The translations under genes were made by a program, and so were the position numbers. The notes below the pieces were generated by a model that was not told the origin of the DNA, did no database searches, and saw only the letters and a program-made list of their open reading frames with translations. From NCBI GenBank assembly GCA_016844925.1, contig JAERTI010000035.1, forward strand, positions 4,949 to 68,948: a stretch of 64,000 nt of DNA, in the 5' to 3' direction. Positions 10,146 to 19,565 of the stretch are shown here, in pieces. The stretch's first letter is position 1. The number at the start of each line of letters is the position of its first letter. This stretch comes from Candidatus Uhrbacteria bacterium (GTDB taxonomy: Bacteria > Patescibacteriota > Patescibacteriia > UBA9934 > GWF2-40-263).

Positions 10146-10190
10146 AAAAAACCCGGCACGAACATGTCGTAACCGGGGAGCGTTGCGCTC
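10146..10190 (-). terminator. Short hairpin followed by intrinsic terminator, after the GC-rich ORF
   Basis: gagcg-caa-cgctc, then cccgg..ccggg followed by a T-run. Confidence 0.7.
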
Positions 10191-10196
10191 AGTGCA

Positions 10197-10682
10197 CTAC
10201 GCCGCGAAGGCCAGGGCGGCCATCTGTCGCCCCTGCGTCACCAAGCACTTGGCCAGGAGGTCGCGCAGGGAAGAGCAGGAGACCACCTCGCCCGAGAGCG
10301 GGTTGGTGAGCTGCTGACTCGTCTCCGGGACGCGCTGGGCGGCGTGCACGGAGATGAACGTGATGTACTGATCGAAGGCGGCCGAGGGCCTCTTGCCCTG
10401 ACCATCCCAGTCCTCGTTGAGCTTGCGCATCGGGAAGGACCGACCGATCAGGAAGGCGTAGATCTCCAGGAACAGGTCCCGGGGCGGCTTGTAGCTCTTG
10501 TCACGCACCACGAAGGAGGTGCGCTTGGCGAGCGTCAGCACGGCCTGGAGGGACTCGAGCTGCATGAGCAGCGGATCCGTCTCCTGGGCCATCGCCTCGG
10601 TGGCCGTCTTGAAGTGACCCCTCAACTCCTCGATCAGGACCTGCCGGGGGTTGGGCGCCTTCGACTTCTTGCGTCTGGACAC
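10197..10682 (-). CDS. GC-rich hypothetical protein (self-contained unit 1)
   Basis: GTG start with AGGAGA SD; high GC3 by eye; own promoter and terminator. Confidence 0.75.
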   Translation of the reverse strand: MSRRKKSKAPNPRQVLIEELRGHFKTATEAMAQETDPLLMQLESLQAVLTLAKRTSFVVRDKSYKPPRDLFLEIYAFLIGRSFPMRKLNEDWDGQGKRPSAAFDQYITFISVHAAQRVPETSQQLTNPLSGEVVSCSSLRDLLAKCLVTQGRQMAALAFAA

Positions 10683-10728
10683 TGGCTCTCCTATCTGTCG
10701 CCGAGTGGAATAATCGTGCGACTACAGG

Positions 10729-10757
10729 AAATTACGCTCTGCTGGCAGGACTGTCAA
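10729..10757 (-). promoter_or_regulatory. sigma70 promoter of unit 1
   Basis: TTGACA-17-TAATTT; the -35 overlaps the TGA stop of the upstream gene. Confidence 0.75.
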
Positions 10758-11281
10758 GGCATCACTGCCCCTGTCTCAACCTCGGCAGATGTCGTCGCTA
10801 AAAACGTCATGAGAACCACGGAATCAACTAAATCAAGGGCATGCGTGTCCTGGTTAGCTTGAAACACTCCATCACCGTTGTCGTGGTAAAGAATGGCGTA
10901 GTAGACCGCCCCATCCTGCAGAGGATCATCGAGAAAGACTGTCAGGTGCTCCCCGCCAGTTTCAAGCAATTCCGAGACACCGATCACCACCCCAGGCACG
11001 CCTCCATCATCATTAAGTATCGCCACATAGCCGGGCTGATTCAGCACGACATACCCCACCTGAACCCCCTTAGCGCCTGCGGCCTGGTTCTCGACATACA
11101 CAGCATTATCCCCCCTTTCCAGCATGCCCTGGAATGTCTGTGCCCGAACCTCCTCCATCTCCTGACTCTGCCCAACCTCTTCCTCCACCTGTGCAGCGGG
11201 TTCGCTAAGGGCTAGCCCAATAAGAAGGGCTACCACGATAAAAAAGAAGAAAATCCAGAGTTTTGGGACTTGATTTGTCAT
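10754..11281 (-). CDS. Membrane-anchored exported protein (DUF7282-like domain)
   Basis: N-terminal TM; PGYVAI..GVVIGVSELL, YAILYHDNGDGVF; start MTNQVP lies behind TGcTAGACT. Confidence 0.7.
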   Translation of the reverse strand: MTNQVPKLWIFFFFIVVALLIGLALSEPAAQVEEEVGQSQEMEEVRAQTFQGMLERGDNAVYVENQAAGAKGVQVGYVVLNQPGYVAILNDDGGVPGVVIGVSELLETGGEHLTVFLDDPLQDGAVYYAILYHDNGDGVFQANQDTHALDLVDSVVLMTFLATTSAEVETGAVMP

Positions 11282-11360
11282 ATGCCTCCAGTCTAGCACA
11301 AGACCTGGACACAAAACCCCCCATCCGCTATACTCCCGGACGACAACTAACCACTCGATT

Positions 11361-11603
11361 ATGTCCACTTCTTGTATTGTTACGGGCAAAAAGACGGTGA
11401 CTGGAAACAATGTCTCTCACTCAAACGTGAAGACCAAGCGCAAACTCAAGGCAAACTTGATGAAGAAGCGCCTTAAGAATCCAGCAACCGGACGAGACGT
11501 GACGGTCACAATCTCAGCTCGCGGCCTGCGCACCTTGCGCAAATGGGATCGCGAAGGAAAGACCTACGACCTTGCAGCTCTGAAAAAGAACGCCCAGAAA
11601 TAA
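11361..11603 (+). CDS. rpmB: 50S ribosomal protein L28
   Basis: CIVTGKKTVTGNNVSHSNVKTKR..ISARGLRTL. Confidence 0.95.
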   Translation: MSTSCIVTGKKTVTGNNVSHSNVKTKRKLKANLMKKRLKNPATGRDVTVTISARGLRTLRKWDREGKTYDLAALKKNAQK

Positions 11604-11650
11604 AACACCCCCCACTTATTGAGCTTAGCTCGACGTGGGGGTGTTTTTGT
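11602..11650. terminator. Bidirectional terminator between rpmB and hflX
   Basis: aaaacaccccc..gggggtgtttt inverted repeat between convergent genes. Confidence 0.75.
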
Positions 11651-11658
11651 TTGCGTCC

Positions 11659-12756
11659 TTAAATCTCAAGGGACGTCTCAACGAGCTCAAGCAACTCACT
11701 AAATCCAGAATGCTCCTGAGCAGAAACAAAGGCCACAGGAAGCTCGTCATACTGCTCACGTAAGGCACATCTATCAAGCCGCTCAACTTGGTCGATCTTA
11801 TTAAATACGAGAATCCGTGTCCGCTCAGAAAGCCCGAGACGCTCCAAAATATCCTCCACAACCCTGATGTGCTTATCACGATCCTTATCGCTCGCGTCGA
11901 CAACATGAATGAGCACATCCGCCTCTACGGCCTCAGATAACGTCGAGGAAAAAGCTGCTAGAAGCTCTGGTGGCAAATCTTTGATAAATCCAATCGTATC
12001 GCTCACCAGCGCCGTCGAATTACTTCCAGGCAAGAACAGTTGCCCCACGCGGGTATCGAGCGTGGCAAACAATTCATCTGCCGCGTATTCTTTTCGGCCA
12101 GTAAGCGCGTTCAGCAATGTCGTCTTCCCCGCATTTGTGTACCCAACAATCGACACCGTCTTAAGCCCACGCCTGCGCCGCCCCTGCCGCACCAGACTTC
12201 TCCCCTTTTGAAACTTCTCGAGCTTCTTCTTGATCCGGCGCTCCTTCTCTTTCAAGTGCCGCTTCATGCGCTCAATGTTGGTCTCACCCAGCCCACGCGT
12301 TCCCGTTCCCCCTCCCTGACGAGAGAGCTCCATACCCATCCCGAAGATTCGCGGCCCCATGTGGCGCACACTAGCAAGTTCGATCTCGAGCTTCGCCTCG
12401 GCCGTCTTGGCGTGCTTGGCGAAGATTTTCAAAATAAGGTCAATTCGATCCCAAACCTTCATCCCATAAGGCCTGAGCGCCTCACCAATATCAAACAGCT
12501 GCCGAGGTTTTAATCGATCATTGATAATAAGCAGGCTCACGCCATTTTCCTTTCCCTCTAGACCAAGCTCCTCCACCTTCCCCGTCCCTAGATACGTCTT
12601 GGGATGCGGCCCCTGGCGCTTCTGCCACTGCTTAATAATAACGATGCCCCCATAGGTATTCACCAGTTCCTCAAGCTCAACCATGCGCTCAAGAGCGTGG
12701 TGCTTATTCATTCTTGGATGAATCAAATCAACAAGTATCGCTTTTTGTTTTTTCAT
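11659..12756 (-). CDS. hflX: GTPase HflX
   Basis: YLGTGKVEEL, DRIDLILKIF, GYTNAGKTTL, LFATLD, DTIGFI, NKID. Confidence 0.97.
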   Translation of the reverse strand: MKKQKAILVDLIHPRMNKHHALERMVELEELVNTYGGIVIIKQWQKRQGPHPKTYLGTGKVEELGLEGKENGVSLLIINDRLKPRQLFDIGEALRPYGMKVWDRIDLILKIFAKHAKTAEAKLEIELASVRHMGPRIFGMGMELSRQGGGTGTRGLGETNIERMKRHLKEKERRIKKKLEKFQKGRSLVRQGRRRRGLKTVSIVGYTNAGKTTLLNALTGRKEYAADELFATLDTRVGQLFLPGSNSTALVSDTIGFIKDLPPELLAAFSSTLSEAVEADVLIHVVDASDKDRDKHIRVVEDILERLGLSERTRILVFNKIDQVERLDRCALREQYDELPVAFVSAQEHSGFSELLELVETSLEI

Positions 12757-12772
12757 GCGGGCCTATCATAAC

Positions 12773-12819
12773 AAAAACTCCGACGTTATGCCGGAGCGGG
12801 AGGGTCTTGCGTAGACCCT
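12773..12819 (-). terminator. Hairpin followed by intrinsic terminator, after unit 2
   Basis: agggtct-acgca-agaccct, then ctccggc-ataac-gtcggag-ttttt. Confidence 0.75.
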
Positions 12820-13189
12820 AGGCGTTCTCGATGAGGAACTGGAGGTCGAGCTTGAGTGCGCAGACCACCTGCTTCATCCCCTCGATCTCCACGGGGAGAT
12901 GTTCGGAGCTCTGAAGCTTTCGATACTCCACCAGCACCCCGTCGAAGCAGTCCACGATCCGCACTGCTGCCTGGTAGTCCTTCTGACGCATCGCGAATCG
13001 GATGGCCATGTACGTCGAGAGGATCTGGAACCGGAGTGCCTTGACCAATTCACCACTCAGACGCACGGCCCCATCCTTGTCCTTCCAGGCCTGCGCGTGC
13101 TGCTCGAGCGTCTCCCGAGGCGTACGAGAGATCACCTCAGTGATCTGCGTGATCGCATCTCTGACATTGGGATCCATTTCTTCTGCCAT
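12818..13189 (-). CDS. GC-rich hypothetical protein (self-contained unit 2)
   Basis: AAGGAG SD; TTGACG -35 at 13235-13240 with weak -10 CAGGGT. Confidence 0.7.
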   Translation of the reverse strand: MAEEMDPNVRDAITQITEVISRTPRETLEQHAQAWKDKDGAVRLSGELVKALRFQILSTYMAIRFAMRQKDYQAAVRIVDCFDGVLVEYRKLQSSEHLPVEIEGMKQVVCALKLDLQFLIENA

Positions 13190-13292
13190 TTCAGCTCCTT
13201 GTCAGACCCCCACCCTGCCACCGAAGAGCCCAACCGTCAATCCACCAATCAAAAAACCGCCCCAAAAGGGACGATTTTTTGTACTAAACCTT

Positions 13293-13580
13293 TTATGCTT
13301 CCAGCAATGCGTCCTTTGCGGACTTTGCTACGCGGAACTTTACGACAGTCTTTGCAGGAATCTGGATGGACTCTCCTGTCATTGGGTTGCGTCCCATGCG
13401 GGCTGCACGCTCCTTCTTTACGAGCTTACCGAGCCCTGGAAGTGGGAACTCTCCGTTTGTGACAACTTCGCGCAATGCGAGTTCTACAAACGCCTCCCAT
13501 TTCTCTGTAGCTTCTTTCTTAGACAAACCGAGGAGCTCGCCGTAGGCAGCCATGAACTGGCTCTTAGTGAGTTTTGCCAT
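13293..13580 (-). CDS. hup: HU family DNA-binding protein
   Basis: LPGLGKL..RAARMGRNPMTGESIQIPAKTVVKFR. Confidence 0.95.
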   Translation of the reverse strand: MAKLTKSQFMAAYGELLGLSKKEATEKWEAFVELALREVVTNGEFPLPGLGKLVKKERAARMGRNPMTGESIQIPAKTVVKFRVAKSAKDALLEA

Positions 13581-13702
13581 AATATGTGGAAAACTTAAGT
13601 TTTACGCGGATTAGCTTAACATGGTGTCCATTTTTTGGGAATATCTGAACCTTTTGTCCATCCACAGGTACTTTCTCCTAAAACGCGATCAAAAAAACGC
13701 GG

Positions 13703-14092
13703 CTATACCGCGCTTCCAAGGCTCTCTCGTCCATGCATCCAATCCATCGCCTTGGCAATATCCTGCTGAACAATATCTGTCATTTCCTTTTCTCCTGGAT
13801 AAGGAACCAAATCCCTCATCTTCTGTACCAACTTCACCTTCATCCGCTTTCCATTCAATTCCATCTTTTGTCCAAGCAAATGCACCTCCATTTTTAAGTT
13901 ATATCCTGTACGCCCATCATTTATGCAAATCAATGACCCATAACGCTTCCCATCTACTTCTGCTTCACCAACGTATACTCCAAGTGCAGGAATAATCACC
14001 CCTTGCTCAACAGCAATATTCGCGGTCGGACAACCAAGCCGACGCGCCATTCCTTCCCCTGGGACTACGCGCCCTTGGAATGATAATTGCAT
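13703..14092 (-). CDS. Monofunctional riboflavin kinase (RibF C-terminal domain only)
   Basis: GRVVPGEGMARRLGCPTAN, GVY, EVHLL; no FAD-synthetase domain. Confidence 0.85.
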   Translation of the reverse strand: MQLSFQGRVVPGEGMARRLGCPTANIAVEQGVIIPALGVYVGEAEVDGKRYGSLICINDGRTGYNLKMEVHLLGQKMELNGKRMKVKLVQKMRDLVPYPGEKEMTDIVQQDIAKAMDWMHGRESLGSAV

Positions 14093-14125
14093 ACAAATTT
14101 AGTTAAGCAGAGGACGCCCTGAGGG

Positions 14126-14665
14126 TCAACGCTTCAACCCTCGAACGTGTCCAAGGGCCTTTTTCACGATAGGTACCATGTCGCGATAACTCGACATTTT
14201 CTCCACCCGGCTCATGGGCACCCACTTCGCATCGTAAGCGTGCTGATCTGGATCTGGATAGAGCTTGCTCCCAGGAGGCGCCTCAAACAGATAGTAGTGA
14301 ATATCCTTATTGATCAACTGCCCCTTTTTCTCAAAACGGTCACGGAACCAAATATCAATTGCTCCCAAGTACTCCAAAAGTCGCACTTGTTCCAGCCCAA
14401 GCTCCTCAAGGGTCTCGCGCGCGGCAGCTTCCTCGATGTCCTCTCCCTTTTCAACATGTCCCTTCGGGAAGGTCCACTTTCCATAAGAGTCCTTCATCAT
14501 CGCAAAAGAAACACCGTTACCGGATTGACGATACACAACGCCACCAGCAGACAGCTCTCGCTGCACCTTCTCCTTTCTACTCGGCGGCCTCTTCGCCTTC
14601 GTCTGCTTCTTCGGCCTGCTCGACGCCTTCGACGTCTTCTTCGGTTGTGTCTTCTTCTGGTTCAT
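14126..14665 (-). CDS. Nudix hydrolase (Ap4A hydrolase-like); true start may be GTG at 14566
   Basis: SAGGVV, WTFPKGHVEKGEDIEEAAARETLEELGL. Confidence 0.9.
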   Translation of the reverse strand: MNQKKTQPKKTSKASSRPKKQTKAKRPPSRKEKVQRELSAGGVVYRQSGNGVSFAMMKDSYGKWTFPKGHVEKGEDIEEAAARETLEELGLEQVRLLEYLGAIDIWFRDRFEKKGQLINKDIHYYLFEAPPGSKLYPDPDQHAYDAKWVPMSRVEKMSSYRDMVPIVKKALGHVRGLKR

Positions 14666-15896
14666 ACGTTCCTAATAATAGAGCTATGGCCGCGTCCAAC
14701 TGAGGATCAATCTCGGCCTGATATTGTTCTAGCGTGTACTCGACAATGAAGTCGGGCTCGATTCCTGTCTCGTTGATGGTTCGACCGTTCGGTGTGTACC
14801 ACTCAGCCGTGGTGATCTTCACAGCCGATCCGTCAAAGATCTCCTGATAGTCCTGAACGGATCCCTTTCCAAACGTCTGTGTTCCAACCAACTGTCCGTA
14901 TCCATAATCTTGCAGAGCTCCTGCAACAATCTCTGAGGCCGATGCACTTCCTCCATTGACCAGCACGATCGTCGGCACATCTTCCAATCGAGGTGCCATA
15001 GCTCCATCAAAGGAAGTTGCTCCTTCTCGTGTTCGCTCAATAACCACGGTGTCATACCCCACCCAGAAGCTTGCAATATCAATCGCGGTTGTGAGAAGTC
15101 CTCCCGGGTTCGATCGTAGGTCAAGGATAATCCCTTCCACGTCCGCCGCAAGTGCCTCTTGAACAGCCTGATTCATGAGCGCGCTCGTATCGTGATTAAA
15201 CGTGGTGATCGAGATTTCCATGATGTTGTTCTCGTCTGTTTCCCACTGAACTGAATCGATCACAATCTTGTCACGCACAAGTGTGACATCTGTCAGTGTA
15301 TCAAGTCCGTTTCGAGAAATAGTGAGCACCACCTCTGTACCTCCTTCACCACGAATTAGACTCACAGCCTCTTCCACCGTCATGTCCATGGTTTCAATAC
15401 CATCAATCATCACAATCCAATCCCCTGGCAAAAGCCCCGCCTCATCTGCAGGCATCCCTGGCAACGGAGCCACGATCTGCAGACGATCTTCTTTAATCCC
15501 AATCTCTGCACCGATCCCCTCAAAACTCCCCTCCAAATCAGCCGTAAATTGTGCTGCATCCTCAGGATCAAAATAGACAGAGTACGGATCATCAAGACCG
15601 GCAACCATCCCCTTCAAGGCCCCATAGTACAAATCTAAATCGCTCACGGGCTGGCGGTAAAAATCCTCTTTGACAAAATTCCAAATCTCCCAAAAGTTCT
15701 CAAAATCTACATCCTCAGACAAATAAGCGGGGACATCTCCTTGTCCTGTGACATGCCCCTCTCCCTCTGGAACGATCTCTAGAGATCTACTCGTCTCCCC
15801 AACAAAAAAACCGATGCTAAATGCGATCGTCGTGGCAAGAATGAATAGGAGAATGGTAAAGGACCGTGGAAATTTCTGTTGCGTCATGGTAGTCAT
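14577..15896 (-). CDS. ctpA: Carboxy-terminal processing protease, S41 family
   Basis: TM anchor, PDZ (FEGIGAEI), ILDLRSNPGG, SASASEIVAGALQD, TFGKGSVQ. Confidence 0.93.
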   Translation of the reverse strand: MTTMTQQKFPRSFTILLFILATTIAFSIGFFVGETSRSLEIVPEGEGHVTGQGDVPAYLSEDVDFENFWEIWNFVKEDFYRQPVSDLDLYYGALKGMVAGLDDPYSVYFDPEDAAQFTADLEGSFEGIGAEIGIKEDRLQIVAPLPGMPADEAGLLPGDWIVMIDGIETMDMTVEEAVSLIRGEGGTEVVLTISRNGLDTLTDVTLVRDKIVIDSVQWETDENNIMEISITTFNHDTSALMNQAVQEALAADVEGIILDLRSNPGGLLTTAIDIASFWVGYDTVVIERTREGATSFDGAMAPRLEDVPTIVLVNGGSASASEIVAGALQDYGYGQLVGTQTFGKGSVQDYQEIFDGSAVKITTAEWYTPNGRTINETGIEPDFIVEYTLEQYQAEIDPQLDAAIALLLGTYEPEEDTTEEDVEGVEQAEEADEGEEAAE

Positions 15897-15944
15897 AGGT
15901 GGCTATAGGATACCCCATCTGAGAATGGTGTAAACTACCCCCAT

Positions 15945-17270
15945 ATGTCGAATCGATTGCGTCTCCTTCTTTTTCTGGCATTTCTGCTCATGTTTTTGAT
16001 TGCAGCACCTCTTTTGGTTCTTTATACGGCTGGCTATAGGTTCGATATGGGATCTGGACACATTGTCCATACGGCCGTCCTGAACATCTCGTCCATTCCG
16101 AGAAATGCCAACGTGTATATCGACGGCCAACCAGAGACAGACCGAACTCCCGCTGTTATAGAAACCGTTCTTCCTGGAGAGCATGAAATTCAATTGCAGA
16201 AAAAAGGATACATCACCTGGACACAAAACCTCTTCTTTAAAAGCCGGGAGGCCACCTTTGCCACCGACACGGTTCTCTTTCTTGATGAGAGCCCTGAACC
16301 CATCCAAGAACTTACCTCCATCCAATCCGCCATTAGTCCGACAGGCGACCTCTTGGTGTATCTCACTCAGGAAAGTTCTTGGTTAGAACTCTGGAGCACA
16401 ACAGGTTTTGAGGACTCGACTCGACTCCTCATGCGCCTGCCTCATGATGCCTCTAGTGAGTATTCAATCTCGTTTTCTTTAAGCGGTGACTACATCCTCC
16501 TTGCTCGAGAGGAAGGTTCCTTCTCTGAACTCACCATCGCCGACACGCAAAATGGCGACCTCGTGAGTCTCCCCATTCCCCTTTCAGATACTCTTGCATA
16601 TTGGTGGGACACACAACGTGATGACTTGCTCTACGTAGCCTTTACTGACACGTCCTACCAAATTGACCTGACAGCGAGTACGGAGACGCTTCTCATGGAC
16701 GACATGGAGCGCATGACTACGTTTGATGATCGAGACGTTCTTCTCACAGAACACAATAGCCGTGCTGTGCTCTCGTTCCTGGAGGATGACACTGCTTCCA
16801 TCATCACCTACCTCCCCCTGGGAACCTACTTCTTTGTCCCCGCACCAGCACCTCTCATCGGACTGTTTGATGCTCAGCACGAGAGACTCGTTCTCATCGA
16901 TTCTGAAAACCGCGATCAACCTATCCTGCTTAATGAAGCTGCCGCGCAATGGGAATGGAATGAGAACGATCAGCAACTTCTCTACTCCAGTGGCTTTGAC
17001 CTGCGTCTCTACGATCGTTATCAACACGAATCTGACACGCTTACTCGTCTAAGCGACCCCATCGAGCACCTGACATGGTACCCACAGGGCTCCGTTGTGC
17101 TCTACCAAGCCGCCGGAACAACGTATGCTTTAGCCGTTCAAGACCCACAACCTGAGCACTTGGCGCTCATCGAAGAAGCTCCGGGGCTCTTCTGGTTCGT
17201 AGACGACGCCCAGAACCTCCTTCTCCTCAGTGACGAAGGTGCTATGTGGAAACGACCTCTGCAAAAATAA
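15945..17270 (+). CDS. PEGA-domain membrane-anchored protein with propeller-like C-terminus
   Basis: LYTAGYRF, ISSIPRNANVYIDG..TP..LPGEHEIQLQKKGY. Confidence 0.8.
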   Translation: MSNRLRLLLFLAFLLMFLIAAPLLVLYTAGYRFDMGSGHIVHTAVLNISSIPRNANVYIDGQPETDRTPAVIETVLPGEHEIQLQKKGYITWTQNLFFKSREATFATDTVLFLDESPEPIQELTSIQSAISPTGDLLVYLTQESSWLELWSTTGFEDSTRLLMRLPHDASSEYSISFSLSGDYILLAREEGSFSELTIADTQNGDLVSLPIPLSDTLAYWWDTQRDDLLYVAFTDTSYQIDLTASTETLLMDDMERMTTFDDRDVLLTEHNSRAVLSFLEDDTASIITYLPLGTYFFVPAPAPLIGLFDAQHERLVLIDSENRDQPILLNEAAAQWEWNENDQQLLYSSGFDLRLYDRYQHESDTLTRLSDPIEHLTWYPQGSVVLYQAAGTTYALAVQDPQPEHLALIEEAPGLFWFVDDAQNLLLLSDEGAMWKRPLQK

Positions 17271-17304
17271 ACAGACCCTCATGGGCCTGTTTACCTTCTC
17301 TTGA

Positions 17305-18387
17305 TTACAGCTCGATAAAACTATTATCTCCCACAACCAGCCGATGGCTGGTTTTTGGATGGGAGCGTTTATGATCTACCAACGTCGCATTGACACCAAT
17401 CAGACTATTTACAATCCGTCTCGTTGTGTCGATCGTCGCTCCGTCAAACACGATGGAGTGCTCAACCTCACTATCTTTGATTGTCACATCGTCACCAATG
17501 GCCGTGTACGGTCCAATGAAACTCGATTCGATCGTGCAGTTTTTTCCGATCGCTACCGGCCCTCGAATCAAACAGTCACTCGCGATAGTCGACCCTTCAC
17601 CGATCGACACAAGCCCCTGGATTTGCGCATCAACGTGTGGCTTGCAATCGACACAGAATTCTCCACGCTCCATATCATCCATGATCAGAGCATTCCCCTC
17701 GATCAGCGCATCCGGAGTTCCTGTATCCTTCCACCAACCCGTAATCTCCTCGTGCCCAACCTTTCCATTGCGGATGTACCACGTAATGATGTCGGTGATC
17801 TCGTACTCTCCACGTGCGGAAGGCTCCGCTGTCTTGAACGCTTCAAAAAACTTTTCATCAAATAGATAGATCCCTGTCACAGCAAACGGTGATGGCGGAT
17901 CTTTTGGTTTCTCCACCGTGCGCTTAAGTGTGCCATCAGCATGGAACTCTGCCACACCAAAGCGGTGCGGGTCCTTTACCTCTGAGAGGGCGATCATGCA
18001 GTCAAGATCTTCATTCTGAAACCGGTCGACAAACTTGTTGATCGATCCAAGGATAATGTTGTCCCCTAAGAAGAACAGGAAGCGCTCACCCTTGAGGTGC
18101 TCCTCAGCATTGGCCACAACGTGCGCGAGCCCCTTGGCTCCACCGCGCTGCTCCAAGTACGTAATCTTGGCACCGAACTCTGACCCATCTCCCAGGGCGT
18201 CAGACATATACTTCACCTCGCCTGGATTGACGTTGATGATGATGTCTTTAATCCCTGCATCCGTCACCTTTTTTAGCACATACCAAAGCATGGGCTTATT
18301 GGCCATGGGGATCAAATGTTTGTTTCGTGTCCACGTAATGGGACGAAGGCGCGTCGCGCGGCCTCCAGCAGCAATAAGGGCTTTCAT
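17305..18387 (-). CDS. rmlA: Glucose-1-phosphate thymidylyltransferase (long form with LbH tail)
   Basis: AAGGRATRLRPIT..NKHLIP, LGDN, EKP, SARGEYEITD, WKDTG. Confidence 0.92.
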   Translation of the reverse strand: MKALIAAGGRATRLRPITWTRNKHLIPMANKPMLWYVLKKVTDAGIKDIIINVNPGEVKYMSDALGDGSEFGAKITYLEQRGGAKGLAHVVANAEEHLKGERFLFFLGDNIILGSINKFVDRFQNEDLDCMIALSEVKDPHRFGVAEFHADGTLKRTVEKPKDPPSPFAVTGIYLFDEKFFEAFKTAEPSARGEYEITDIITWYIRNGKVGHEEITGWWKDTGTPDALIEGNALIMDDMERGEFCVDCKPHVDAQIQGLVSIGEGSTIASDCLIRGPVAIGKNCTIESSFIGPYTAIGDDVTIKDSEVEHSIVFDGATIDTTRRIVNSLIGVNATLVDHKRSHPKTSHRLVVGDNSFIEL

Positions 18388-18395
18388 ACGGCGAT

Positions 18396-18424
18396 ACTCT
18401 AGCTCGAGTACGAAATGGCGTCAA
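18396..18424 (-). promoter_or_regulatory. sigma70 promoter predicting a near-leaderless rmlA mRNA
   Basis: TTGACG-17-TAGAGT, 8 nt before the ATG. Confidence 0.65.
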
Positions 18425-18438
18425 ACACTTTAGATAAG

Positions 18439-18524
18439 AAAAAGCAGCCGTATTTCAGGCTGCACGTAGCTCAATCTGTGTTCCGGAACAGGCGCCCGTA
18501 AGCGCCTCTACTGGATCCTAGATC
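18439..18524 (-). ncRNA. Candidate structured 3' RNA element, copy A (includes terminator)
   Basis: Conserved with 19472-19560; one compensatory change; variable hairpin. Confidence 0.5.
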
Positions 18525-18530
18525 AAACCG

Positions 18531-19391
18531 TCAGAGCGAGAGGCCACACAGGGCCAGGCCCGCCAGGGTGAGCGCGTCGTCGAAGGCCCCCTGAGCGTTG
18601 GCCTGCTTGAGCTGCTCCATGGTCATCAGCTGCGATCCGCCGATGATCTCCAGGTTCTCCGGGTTGGCCTCGCCGACCGACTCGATCTCAGCTTCCACCA
18701 CCCACTGCGGATGCAGGAAGAAGGTGGGATTGGCGTTCACGGTGCCGCGAAGCTTGGCGTCGACGATCTTGAAGCCACCCTCTTCGCCCGCCTCGATCTT
18801 GGCGGTCTTGAGAACGAACTCCTCGAGGTCCATGTCACCAGGGTCACCCTGGATCAGCCCACGCGGAGCCTCCCACTTCCACTCACCGGCCATGCTCAGG
18901 AGCTTGTCCCAGAGCTGTCCAGCGTCCAACAGCTTCATGTAGTCGTTGCCCGGGGGAATGAGTGCTCCCGCGAGCTCTGACTTCATCTCGAGCCCCTGCT
19001 CGGGAGTCAGAAGCGTCCAGCTGTGCTCGCCGACCTCGGTCATCTCGAGGATGTCCAGTTCTCCTTCTCCGGCATCCCGACGAACGACCGTGGGTCGACG
19101 CATGGTCATGCGGCGCTGCTGCACCACACCGATGCGATCCCCCATCCGGGCGATCACGATGGCACCGGGCTTCTCCACGATCAGCGGCTGGTCGTACAGC
19201 GGAATGACTTCTCCGCTCTCACGCTTCCAGAGCACGCCACGCAGCATCGCCCACCCCATCGGGTTGACGAGGCCACCCACCCCCACGCTCGTGGGCTTCC
19301 AGCCGACCACGGGCTTGTCCCACGGATTCGTCTGGGTGAAGTGTTCCTGGTGCAGGAGGGTGATTCCTCCGGTCAAATCATCTTGTGGCAT
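18531..19391 (-). CDS. GC-rich divergent Nudix (ADP-ribose pyrophosphatase-like) protein with insertion (unit 3)
   Basis: EKPGAIVIA..VVQQRR-[~65 aa]-WEAPRG..KTAKIEAGEEGG..FDDALTLAGL; AAAGGAG SD. Confidence 0.7.
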   Translation of the reverse strand: MPQDDLTGGITLLHQEHFTQTNPWDKPVVGWKPTSVGVGGLVNPMGWAMLRGVLWKRESGEVIPLYDQPLIVEKPGAIVIARMGDRIGVVQQRRMTMRRPTVVRRDAGEGELDILEMTEVGEHSWTLLTPEQGLEMKSELAGALIPPGNDYMKLLDAGQLWDKLLSMAGEWKWEAPRGLIQGDPGDMDLEEFVLKTAKIEAGEEGGFKIVDAKLRGTVNANPTFFLHPQWVVEAEIESVGEANPENLEIIGGSQLMTMEQLKQANAQGAFDDALTLAGLALCGLSL

Positions 19392-19432
19392 TAACCAATC
19401 TCCTTTCGGGTCTGCCCCAATGGCAGATGCGG

Positions 19433-19461
19433 AAATTAGTCTAAAAAGCCGATGTTGTCAA
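19433..19461 (-). promoter_or_regulatory. sigma70 promoter of unit 3
   Basis: TTGACA-17-TAATTT, the same boxes as unit 1. Confidence 0.8.
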
Positions 19462-19471
19462 TGGTTTCAAT

Positions 19472-19560
19472 AAAAAAGCAGCCGTATTTCAGGCTGCGCG
19501 TAAGACAATCTGCGTTCCGAAATAGACCCGATTTCCCCTGTCTATTTTGGATCAAAGATC
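19472..19560 (-). ncRNA. Candidate structured 3' RNA element, copy B (includes terminator)
   Basis: Paralog of 18439-18524. Confidence 0.5.
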
Positions 19561-19565
19561 ATCTT

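Noticed and set aside
14577-14665. 89-nt overlap encoding the acidic CtpA tail and a basic Nudix N-terminus
   Set aside because: Probably an ORF-calling artefact; an in-frame GTG at 14566, just after the ctpA stop, gives a complete Nudix domain.
18454-18464. GCAGCCTGAAA resembles a Neisseriaceae-type DNA uptake sequence
   Set aside because: Seen only in the two copies of this element, not dispersed at high frequency.
18439-19560. CRISPR array or integron attC interpretation of the duplicated element
   Set aside because: Only two copies about 1 kb apart; the variable part is itself a hairpin; no cas or intI gene; no RYYYAAC/GTTRRRY ends.
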